From Pocillopora damicornis (taxonomy: Eukaryota): DNA of 64,000 nucleotides. Within the stretch, counting starts at the first letter, position 1; every line of letters begins with the position of its first letter. The position numbers were made by a program, and so were the translations under genes. The stretch covers positions 124,001 through 188,000 of the forward strand of contig NW_020845387.1 in assembly GCF_003704095.1 (NCBI RefSeq), read 5' to 3'. Below, piece after piece: positions 38,914-50,900 of the stretch. The notes below the pieces were generated by a model that ran no database searches, had not been told where the DNA came from, and worked only from the letters and a program-made list of their open reading frames with translations.

Positions 38914-39123
38914 CTAGGCTGGGTCGCCAGGCGGTAGACCACGTCTTCTTCTTTCTGCCTTCCTTTTGTTCCAAGCTCTTTTACACTCTTTATATGCTAG
39001 AAAATAATTTGCACATCTTGCCTTATCGTAATTATTCTCTTCCAAACATTTTAAGGAAGCCACCGATTCTGCAGCACACGGATTCGTTCCCTTATCTGTC
39101 CACCGCTTTAATCCGTCCGCCAT
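38914..39123 (-). CDS. CHCHD7: Twin CX9C mitochondrial intermembrane-space protein CHCHD7 (Cox23-like), intronless
   Basis: NPCAAESVASLKCLEENNYDKARCANYFLAYKECKRAW matches the CHCHD7/Cox23 CX9C-CX9C pattern; AAAATGG start context. Confidence 0.88.
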   Translation of the reverse strand: MADGLKRWTDKGTNPCAAESVASLKCLEENNYDKARCANYFLAYKECKRAWNKRKAERRRRGLPPGDPA

Positions 39124-39124
39124 T

Positions 39125-39416
39125 TTGATAGAATATCGAGCCCATTCCTTCTCGCTTTTACGAAGTGGAGGGGAGGCTGAAATAGCTCAAGTGGCCTCCC
39201 GGCGCTACCTCAGCTCCCCAGTGGGGTGGAAACACTGGACATGTCAGGTTTATGAAATTAACGAAATTTGCCCACTCGTTCACACAGCAAATCGGCTCGA
39301 CTCTCAAGAGCGACCTTCCGTTCTCAACTTCTTAAGGTCAAACTCTCTCTTAAAATCGTGGTTCAAACTTTTTGCAAAGACCACCAGGGGTTAGGGGTGC
39401 TGCCCTTAAAAGTCGA
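39125..39416 (-). ncRNA. Highly structured RNA element immediately 5' of CHCHD7
   Basis: 15-bp helix with 3 G-U pairs on the minus strand, two GNRA-capped hairpins and several further stems (see findings). Confidence 0.45.
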
Positions 39417-39986
39417 ATGCTGCAAGATGTATTAGATACGAATGAGGATACTACCCTGGTTGGTGAGCTGCAATTAAAGAAATTGCTTCCCGAGTCTAAT
39501 TTTGGGTCCGCCACAGAGCAAGAAGCTAAGTTAAAAACAAATGAAGATGTAATTCTGTCTGTTGTCTTATCTTAGAATTTATGTCATCTTTGGCCCTCCG
39601 CATCGAACGAGGTAGGTGTATTTGAAGCTGAACCAGCCTGGAATAGTTTGGAGTTTAATAGCATTAAAGGGGAACACGCACGTAATCAGTAACCAGGGAT
39701 CCATATTGGCGATGTGGCATTAATATATCGCTTTCTTCATACTAATACTCTCATGAACTTCACAGCACTATGTGGGGGACTTCAGCCTGACTGCTTTGAG
39801 CATTTTACAATTTGTTTGAAAGGAAGTTTTGCAGGTGCCTGCCAGGTTTTGGAAACAATTCCCCACCCAGGCACCAAATCTCTCTTAAATAACTAGGATT
39901 GATGTCTGCTGTTCCAAAACAATTTTTATTGACAGTACCAAGAAAATCTTCATTTAAGCTCTTAAACTAGAGCGTTGGTAAGCAAA

Positions 39987-42900
39987 TCAAGTTCTCTTAT
40001 TTTTTGAAGGGCTCAGGAACTTTTCGACAAAATCTTCGTGGTCCATGGTATTATGCGGCTTCGGCAAAAGTGCTTTTCTTGACAGACGAACTTTTCCAGA
40101 GAAAGGGTCTTTTCCAAGATACATTACATCAACGATTTGTCCTAGTGTAAATTCATTCGTTGTTTGATGACTCTGAAGAAAAAAAAGAAAAGAAAAGAAA
40201 AGAAAAAAAGCTCAGACAACAGCAGAGGAGGTTTTAAGTTAATAAGAAATATCCGTCGGTAAAAAAATCAGCCTATAATGCTTGCGGAAAAAACTGGGAA
40301 AATAAAACCTGAGAAGCAAGTACTTAGTTCAGAGGGTTTCATTTTACTATTTCCAAACAACTTTCCTAGATTATGAAAACCTTTCTTTCAATGAAGCGGT
40401 GAACTTTGAAGAACATATATCAATGATCACTCGATACAAGATTGTGCAAAATAACTGAAATACCACACATGCTGGACTGGACAAACCCAAGGCTTTTATT
40501 GTATCACGATAAGCCTGAGTAACTGGTGGTTTTGAGTGTGCTGTGAGCGTTAGGCGACGGACCTGTGAAAACGGGCGGCTAAAATTCTCCGCTCATAGCT
40601 TTAAAGGGCACGAAGGGCCGCCAGCCATAAAGGCTATGTACAGCAGGCCCATGGCTTTACCATGAAAGCAGTAGACCGCACTTCCTATCTGAATGAAAAT
40701 ATGTGCCACATGTAAGTCCAGTTTATGACCACTCGATGTGATATTGAGACTATCTTGTCACAGTTACTTCGTTACGTCGACTTACTTTATGGTGAGATAT
40801 TTCTGAAGTGTGTAAAAGTACACTGGGGGTGTCCGGTAAAAGTTCTACCATAATCCCGTACTCCCTGGAATGACAAAATAATCATAATAATAATACTATA
40901 TTTAAATAGCACTTTTTCTGTCGCTATCCAATAGCACTTTACAATGATTTTAAAATACCTCACGTAGAAAGTTAAACTTACTAATAACATAACTAAGCTG
41001 TCAAAATCAATAAGAACTGAGAATAAAAAAACCTCATGAGTAAAAACTTACTAACTACCTACCTAAATAACTAATTAACTAACTAACCAATAATGAATCA
41101 TCATGACGAGGCTTTCCTGAAAAGATGTATTTTAAGATTGCGCTTGAATTGCTACAAATTGTCGCTTAAACGGATTTCCAGCGACGGTGCGTTCCAGAGT
41201 TTAGCCGCGGTTACAGAAAATGATCTTGAACCATATCTGGCAAGTTTGTTACCAACGTCAACCAAACGATGGCCAATAACTGATCTTAAATTGTATCTGA
41301 GCAAATATTTTGTTATAAGATCGCAGAGGTTTGGTGGCGCTAAGCATGTCAATAAAAGAATTTTAACTATGCGCCCATCAATAGGTAACCAGTGGTGTTT
41401 TCAGAGTACTGGTGTCATGTGATCACATTTACGCGTATGTATATCAAGTAAGCACCACAAGTTTTGCAGCCTCAGCGTAAAAAAGCAAACTGGGTTACAA
41501 CAGAGCATGAAAAGAGATGGGTTCGAACAGTTGACGAGTTGATGAAAGCAGAAAGACACGGGTCTCAAAGGTTTGTTTTCTCTTACCTAAACTCAGTAAT
41601 AGTTGCTTTGTATGTAGCTCCAACTTCAAGAGATTCTGTCCAGTGCTTAGTGAAGGAAATAAACGCAATAAGAGACAAAAGAAAATTAGGGAAGAAGAAA
41701 TAAAGTTGGAAATCTCTAAGCTGTTGCAGACGTTAAATAATAGAGAATTTACGATATCACGTTAGAACGATTTAGGTTTCATGTAACGGAATGTTAGTCA
41801 AAGTTTCGGTAAGAAAGTGTACTGTGTTGTACTGCGATCCTTGTTTAGCAGGTTTCTTTTTTATTTAATTCCATGGTTTCCTGAACATGAAAAAAAAAAT
41901 CAGCTTTTTAACCCAGAACTTTGATTCCTGTTCGCACATTTTACCGGCGCAACCTCCTGTAGCAAGTATATCGTTAAGTTGTTTTATACGACTCCAGGTA
42001 ACACGGGAGGCAATCAGTCAGTTATTTTACAACCAACAGTAACATATCTGACTGAATGCACGCAGCCTGTTCAAATGATGAATCAGTTTAACCCTGGAGC
42101 AAAGATTGTGATACCTTTTCCGTGTCGGCACCGGCAGTAATTTCTTTCATCTTGTTTAATACTTCCTGGAAAGCTTTCGCGTCATAAGCAAACACGTGAA
42201 ACTCATCATCTTCAACTCGTGTAATGATTGAACCTTTAAACCAGAAACACGTTACATTGGTCATTAGCACTTGAGATAAAGATAAATGAGAATGATTTCA
42301 AATATAATCGACTTGAAGATTTAAATTTATTTTCCATACCCCTAAAAGTGAGCTAAATGTTCGCGTACATGAGACATCTCTCCAGTGAAGAAAGAATTAT
42401 TTGTAAGAATACCTTATTTTTAAGTTAGTCAGTACTCAATGACTTACATGGGAGAATATTTTACAAACCTCAATTACCTAATACAAAAGCTAAGACCTAG
42501 ACAGACAGTACAACGAGCGCTGGCTACATGTTCCCGGTCATTTCGTGCTAAGTAAAGGATACCAGTATATGTGAGTAAATTGTCCCGTTTGTTGAACTGT
42601 GCTACGTGAAAGTCATTAATTATCTTTCCTACTTTTTCACTTAGTAGCTGATACTAACCTGTCTCTTCCTGTAGGTTTTTTATTGTCAGTCCGCCAGCAG
42701 AAAACAGCTTTCTAACTTGTAATCGAGAAAGAACTACATTTCCTACGTGAGCAGAAAGATAAAACTCCATCAACAGCAAGAACATAAGGAAAGGTGATAA
42801 GCTCGACGATCGTTATTTTTCAGGCTGGATCCCAAAACGCAAGTCAGGGGATGACCTAATAATGATGAAAGTGATCGTTTGTTGTATGATAAACGATATC

Positions 42901-45900
42901 TCTGTAAAGTTAAGTTAAAAAAGCTCACCTTGAACTGGCAGATTGTCTTTGGGTATTTTTCTCGGACCGCTTTGGCATTCTTCTATTAAATCCAAAACTT
43001 TCATCCGATCAGCTGGAAAGTGAAGTGACACGTTAACAAGCGTTGCCCTTTAAATTCTACCAGAAAACCTTCCAAGGCGTCTTCAAAACGAGCATTAATT
43101 TTTTAATTGGAGGGAATAGCAATTTGATGGTCGCAAAGAGGAACACTAAGGTAAAAATACTCGTCCTGTCTAGAAAATCAGATTGACATTTGTGCAACTA
43201 CCGAGGACAAAAGAAAAACTTAAGAGGAGAAATTGGCTCTCTGTCAATGTCACAAATCACAAAGAAGTTTGTTCGGTTCCTGATTTCACTTTGCCATCCA
43301 CAAGTATCACAGTTAGGTATTTCCACATCTAAATATTCCTTGTCCGGCTTAAGTTAATTCTATTTCCTCATCTGTTAGCTACTACTTCTTACCAGTTGCC
43401 TTTTTGACTGCCTCTTCTACAATGTGTAGCGGAAGGCCTGGTACCTTGAAATCAGCCTATCACAAACAAAACGCGCAAGTCACCAAAGCTTAATTTGATA
43501 TCTAACACAATAATATTAGATGGGTAGTAAACGGAAGGCAATTTACCTGTAGAGCTGTTATTCCTTCTCTGCTTCCGGCAAGTTTAAAGTCCATATCACC
43601 CATAAAGTCTTCGATGCCCTAATGAAATAAGTGTTGTTATTACAACAAAGTGAGACAACAAACATTTCCAAACTTGTTCTGAGTAAACTTTATCAATTTA
43701 AACCCCTTACTCACACGTATTATGTTTCTTACCAAGATATCTGTCAGAAGACAATAATTTTCTATGTCTGGTTTATCCGGGTCCTCTGCATCACTGCTTG
43801 TTATCAAACCACAGGCAACTCCTGCAACAGGACGAGTGATTGGAATCCCTGTGATATGAAAAATAGTAATTTAAGGGTTAAAAGTGCCACATAATCATAT
43901 GCAAGTATTTAGTTGTTTCTTCAGAGCATGCTAAAACAATTATACTCTACGTAATGGTAACGATGGCGATAACGTTAACTGTAAAGGCAACGATAACGAT
44001 GTTAACGATAATTTTCGAGCCGATCACGATCATAGCAACAGAAGGTTTGCTTATAACAGTGGTATTATCAGTAGCGTAAACTGCAGTGATGAAGATAAAG
44101 ATCAATGAAAAGGAAAACGAAGAAGATCAAAAACTGTGAACTAAATAGCGGTAAATATAACAATGATAATTATTGAAGAAAATACCTACCAGCATCCATC
44201 ATTGCCAAACTTCCAGCACAAACAGATGCTAAAGATGATGAACCTGTTAAAAAAAGAAAAAAAAATAGAGACGTTAAACACAAAACCGCTGCGATGATTT
44301 TTATCGCGGGCCAGAAATAAAAAAGAAAACTGCATCTGATACATGATACATGATACCCGTTGAACCTCATCTGAGGATGGACTATCTTGCCTACCATTGG
44401 ATTCTAACACTTGAGATGTAAGTCGGATGGTGAATGGAAAATCCTTGGGAACAACTGGTTCTAAAGCCATTTCTGCTAAATTACCTAAAATAAACGAACA
44501 AAACTGTTTGATTTCTCACAAATTAAAAATGTTATCTGAAAATATTATTGGAATTTGTCCTTGAACTCAGTTTTCCTAGCGGATTTTCGCGCCAAATGGA
44601 GCCAGTTATCGTTTATCTAAAGGGAACACCCACAGTGTTAAATTAAAGCGATTAAATACTTAAGGCAAATATCGTCTCCTTCTACAAATCAGTGATGCAA
44701 AATGTTTATCTTACCATGACCAATTTCTCGTCGACTCGAACCGCCGATCAACCCTATTCCATTCACACAAAATGGTGGAAACTATTTGTAATCAACCAAA
44801 AGAAATGTTAGCTGTGAATTAGTAATTAGTGAGTAAAAATGTCATAACACTGAAATAAACAACAATTAAGAAATAAGTTCACAGCTTTCTTTGTATTGAT
44901 GTGTTAGTAGTAAGATCTAGACCCCAGTCCAGGTGACACCAGCGCTTTCAGCAATTACAGAATTCGATACACAACCTACCTCATAGTGAAGCATGAATGG
45001 TCTTTCTTTGACGTCGCTGCACAACAAAAGGAAACGAAATATTATTAAGGAAACCTGTCATCACACTTGAAAATTTTACCGAATTTTGAAAGGAAGAACA
45101 AGTCCATTCAATAGAACAGAAAGCATGCAATACTGTAAACTTTCTCCAGGTAGCTTTTATGTTACCTAAAAAAGCTGACGGTAGCTTTGTTTCTTCTCGT
45201 GAAACCATCAAGAAAAATCGAGAGCAAATTTATCATCGGCAAACTTAACACAAAATGCTCCAACAAATCCTTACTAACCCGACCCCTACTACGGCGGCGT
45301 CAGGTTGTTTTGCAGAACGAAGGGATCCAAGTGTTGCTGTACAAAACACCTTTCGAGAAAAATAAGGAGTGGGTTAATTTGTTTACTGCAGTAGCTGTGT
45401 AGATAAAATATTACAGTACTACCTTTTATAATGGTTGTGAGTCACGAAGTCGAAATGAATCATTAGGGAGTTTTAGATTCAAGTTGGTTTCAGAATACGT
45501 GTGACCGCCCACGACTGGGAGGCACGTGACCAGACTCCAGTGGTTACGTTCGCCATTCGCCGTCCACGTTTGAACTTCGGGCAAAGCAGTTTCAGGTAAT
45601 TGAACTCCCTAGACGCTTTTTTTCTCCTCCTTCGAAAATTCTCACGTACGTCCCATAAACATATGTGAGGTGAAGTCATTTCTTTATAAGCAATCCGTTT
45701 GGGAAGCGAGAAAACCAACGTTTTAGCCACATTTTGTGTTTGTGCCCTCCATACTTTGTGTAATTCAAGATAGCGGCGCGCATGATAATTTTTTTATTTT
45801 CAGGCGAAAGCCGACGTCGATCTAAAAAGCTGAAAGTCTCGAAAGTTCTAACTTCTAACTACAGACTGCTGACCGCGGTTTGACGTTTGCGGTGAATATA

Positions 45901-47947
45901 CCAAACATGGATCTTAAATTCTCTTTAGAGAGAGGCAAACCTGGGTTTCCCCTCTTTGAAATAAAGCAGATCCATGAAGACTCTTGAACAAATCAACTTC
46001 ACATCTTATGGGTCGAAGAGCATCAAACGCACGTCCATCACATCTGAACAAAATAAGTATAAATCGTTGTAAATTTTCAAAACTTAATCAGTAGTCTTCG
46101 TCATGATATAACGAATCGATTACCTCAGCGCTTTGGGAGTACTTTAGTACGCCACTCTACACCTTAAAGGTAAAGTCTGAGATAAAATCAGCTCCCCTAA
46201 CATGTTTATCCTACAGATCAAGTTTTCCTTGGTTTATCTTGAGTGGTGTGGACGGAAACATCCCCTTTACAGTTAACTTCGTTTCTAAAACCATTCTACG
46301 TTGTGAGTTAAATGTATCAAGAAATAATCCTTGTAAGGAATTAAATTGTAAAATGATTATTGTACCTTTGGGACGAATAAAGAACGTTGTTCCTAAACAC
46401 TGATTTGGTTTCTTCAAATATTGCATTTTCTATCTCATGAGCGGCAACATTTGGAAATCTCTCTGTTAAAGTCAAAAATGAAAAAAAATTATTTTTATTT
46501 GGATCTACCACCTTTTAAAACAATAAGCCGAATAAACTGAAACCAAACAACTTGGTTACATTAAAAATTCTTGTGCTAGACGTCAGTTGTGGGGTGCAGA
46601 TTAGAGTTCTCAGACGCCCATTAAAAATTTATCTTTGTTAAGATAGCGGTTGTATTTGTCTGGCATGTTTTATTTGTAGTAGTTCATTCAATCACTGAGT
46701 CCCACCAATAGAGCACTTTGCGAGTGAGAGTCACAAACCACACTTCTCAAAACAGCCAATCAGAGCACAGAATAATATCTCAAGGAGCCAAAGAGAAACC
46801 AGGGAGAAATCAATGAAACCACCCTGAGAGCAGAAAAACGCGAGGAACACTGGTCCCCACTGGTTTTTGTTTTTGCTCTTGGTTGGTTGAGAGAGTGGCG
46901 CAGAGCAAAACGGAGCCAACCCAATATTAACCTGGATTACTTTCTAGGTAAAATTGTTGATCCAAACCAAATCTAACCAATGATCTGTTATGTTGATAAA
47001 ATCTGTGTTTCTAACACACCTTGAAAGTGTAAGAGATGGTCATCCCTAACTTTAAACATTTCCTTGTCGCGTTCCATCTGAAGTGAAATAATACTTAACA
47101 TTAAAATCATTATTGCAATACAAACTCTTTGATTTGGCTATTTCCCTCTTAAAGTTTGTTCCTCCGTAAGTTTTGTTTGTTCATCAAAAGAGCATCATAA
47201 AGCGAAAATAGTTTGATACTATTTCGTGTCATAAATATTAGACCAGTGCTCCAAAATGCGACTGAAATTTACAGAAATTGTGATAACATCGACAGAACTA
47301 CTATTTCCTACTATTTCTGATATAACTGTTTCAAACAGTTATAACAGATTTTGGAAAGTTCCGTCTGACAGCCCAGTATTCGGTCCGACTTCGGACCCAT
47401 CCGTCAAATTTCTGACAAATTCATTCGATGTCTAACGCTATCCAACGGTTTCGGTCATTTCCGTCTTATGTCCGACACTATTGTCTGATGTCGTTCACTT
47501 CTGTCCAATTTCGCGCACTATCTCCTGATTTCAGACACCTCTGCCGATTATTTTCTTTACAATAAAAAAAAAACACTCCCGGGATAGATAAGGGTAAATG
47601 TCATACCTTTGAGTAGGCAAAGTTTGAAAATATTTTGTCGAATTCTTTGTTTAAATTAAACCTAGGAGAAAATAAAAAAACAGAACGTAAATATGTTCAG
47701 TGATCTTTACTAACTAAAACTGGCAAAACGTGATAGATTGTCAGGCTCAGATCTTAGTGTCAATCTCTTAAACAGCAATGTTCTTGTTTTAACGATTCAA
47801 AATTTGCTATGTCAAGAGTTATCAATTAACGAATTTGCCAAGATGATGCCACAGATTGACCTTGTTCAAGTAATGTATGAGTCCTGTGTATCTTGATTAA
47901 GGTCTGTATTATGTGTGCTTAATTTCAGTTAGGCATGATTTCCTTTT

Positions 47948-47982
<35 letters not shown>

Positions 47983-50900
47983 GGGAGGAGGTCTGCTCTT
48001 AGTTTCAGTCCATAAAGAGGTGGATATTAAACCTTTTTCGATCCAATCAGTTTTTTTTATAAGACTTCTTTACCTCACAATAGCACCCTTTATCTCTTCA
48101 GGAGGTGTGTCACGCCCAACTCGTGACATGTCCTTCTTCTTTCCCGCTTGTCTTTGCAACTCAAGTAGAGCTTCAATAATGGTTTGACACTGTTGATGAA
48201 ATATAACCCTCAGTTAAATGCAGTAATAATTTCACTAGTATCATCTCAACGATTAAGTAAGATTAATATCTTTTTTCATGGCATACCTTCTTAAAGCCAA
48301 ATCTTACAGCTTCACAAAATCTCTCAGAGCTCACTTCTTGAGCAAATGCCTCTATCATCACTGAAAGTCACAAGAACAGTTTTTAATACCATCAGTTTGA
48401 AAGTTATTTATCATAGATTCTTATTCTGTTGTTTGACTTAATCAAAGCTAAGTGGAAAACACAAGTTGTACAGTGCTACTTTATTTGCTATGAATTAAGT
48501 TTTTCCCACAGCTCAGCACTTCAAACATTCAACAAGAACTGAGTTGTAAATCAAAAGTTTCATTACTCTTGGGTACCAAAGAAACTCCTATTATTCTCTT
48601 ATGCTCCTAAAATTAATCATCCAATTCCCTTCAATAATGATGAATACCAAGTACAGTTTCCTTTAACCCTTTAACTCCCAAGATCTGATTGCTAATTCTC
48701 CCCTCTAGCTGCTGTAAATTAGTTACAAGAATTTGGTGTTGGATCAAGATAACAACTTGTACCTGATAAGTTTGAGTATTCTCATCACCCGTTTGCTGAA
48801 TATTGTATGGATATTATTGGGAGAAGTTGCATATTGATCACTGCTGGGAGTTAAAAGGTTAATCTTTGTCTCATTCTTAATAAAACAATTATTGTTTTAT
48901 TTTTCTCATAAAAACATCATTCTGGTAAGCAAATTAAGTTTCATTCTTTAATTTAATTGTCAACCCTAGTGGAAAAGCACATGCTCATTGATAATGTTGG
49001 GGAAATGTGACCTTATGAATTTACAACTAAACAGTTGCTTATATTCTCATCTTACCAACTTTTGTTTTACTGCAAGCAACAACAAGATTCAACTTGCTGA
49101 TACTAAGTTCTGACCATGTGGGATTAATAACAAACTTTCCATCAACCTCTCCAACTCTAACTGCACCTAAAATATAAAACCACAAACAAAATAATTTCAT
49201 TCAACTGATTGAAAGCTTTTTCTATTATTTCAATCAATAATTTTTGACCCTGTGTCTCTCAGTTTTTTAACATAACATACAGTTAGAAAGACAAATTTAG
49301 TTGACAACCCACTGAGGGTTCAGTTTCCCACTGGTGAAACACAAAAGCTTCCTCTTCTTCTCATCCTTTTTTATCAAATTAACTAAAAGCATAAAGCAAG
49401 TCCAAAGCTGACATATACTTCATGAAATGCAAAATGGCCAAGAAACCTGAAATGTGTTACAAGGTGGAACTGATTTTAGAAGCATGCTCTTGAGTGGATT
49501 ATCATTTAAGGGGTATAATGAAACCAGCACTGAAATACATTAAGCTTTTATCCAACATCTTACCAATTGGACCACTCCAAGGGATATCAGACACTGAAAC
49601 AGCTGCAGAAGCTGCAACAAAATACAGATAAAATAGTACTCAAATGTTAGTACCAAAATTAGTGAGTACTTAATTTCTCACTTTGTCTCTTGATGTTTTT
49701 TGTTTGTGATTTGCTTCCTGTCTTTGTGCTCTAATATCACCAGACCAGTAGCACAAAGACTTCAGTGACTCCCAAGCTANNNNNNNNNNNNNNNNNNNNN
49801 NNNNNNNNNNNNNNNNNNNNNNNNNNNNNNNNNNNNNNNNNNNNNNNNNNNNNNNCCCCCCCCCCCCCCCACCCCATGGCATGAATGGGATTTCAGAAAA
49901 AAATGTTATTATTAAGTTATTATTAAAACTGACCTCCATTCATAGCAGCAATATCAGGATCATGAAGCCCAGTTGCTGCCCATAAAATTCCTGTTATCTG
50001 TTACACATTCAAACAAAAGGAATAACACACAATTCTAAGTGAAAATACATGTAATATTAGATAGATACAAATATTTCTAACAGTTATTCTTCATATAAAC
50101 AGCACACCAGTAAATATCAAAATAATGCTCCACAAATATAGTCTTGGATATAAAAGATGTTTTAGTGCAAGTAGAGAGAGAGATATTTCTCTAGAAATAG
50201 TCTACCTCACCAATGCATTATTTAAACATTTCAACCCTTTTGAGGGTTGAAATGGTGTGTTAAAACACCCTACCCTCAGTATGCATAATCCCTATTCTAT
50301 TCTCTTTACATTTCCTGTGGCTGACAGCGAGAGTTAATTTAACCATCAAAAAATGAGTCACTGATCATCTCCTTACTTCTTGTGATCTTAATGTTTGATT
50401 CTAGGATGACACAATGACTGCAAGGAAAAATGAGATCCTGGTCACTCTAAGGGCTTTAAGGGTTAAATAGAACACCATCAGTCTCCCTTCACTAACTAAA
50501 TTAGTTTGAAAGAATAGGAAAATGCCAATCTTACCTGAGTAGAATCATGGTAACCATTGGGGAATAATGACCTGAGTGATCTGTCTATTAAAGAAGAAAG
50601 TGGAAAATGAGTTTCTGATTTATCATAAAGTAAAATGCAGTAAATGGTTTGAACCTGGGGGTAACATGTAATGTTATGTGTAATGATGGTCTGGGTGAGT
50701 GTAGTCCTGAGAAGGACTGTTGTCGCTAGTAGTGACTGATGTTTTGACAACCTGAGCAGAAGTTATCATCAGAGTCAAGTGAATATTTGTTGTCAGTCGA
50801 ATGTTCTTAGTCCGGTTTGTATAAACTGATTGTTTGGTTTTGCTGTGATGTTATTGGCTGTAAGACTCAAGTGGTGTATGTCAGTTGTGATTGGTCGGTC

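Noticed and set aside
39228-39245. CAGTGT in the CHCHD7 leader as an iron-responsive element
   Set aside because: Flanking bases do not form the required 5-bp upper stem with a C bulge.
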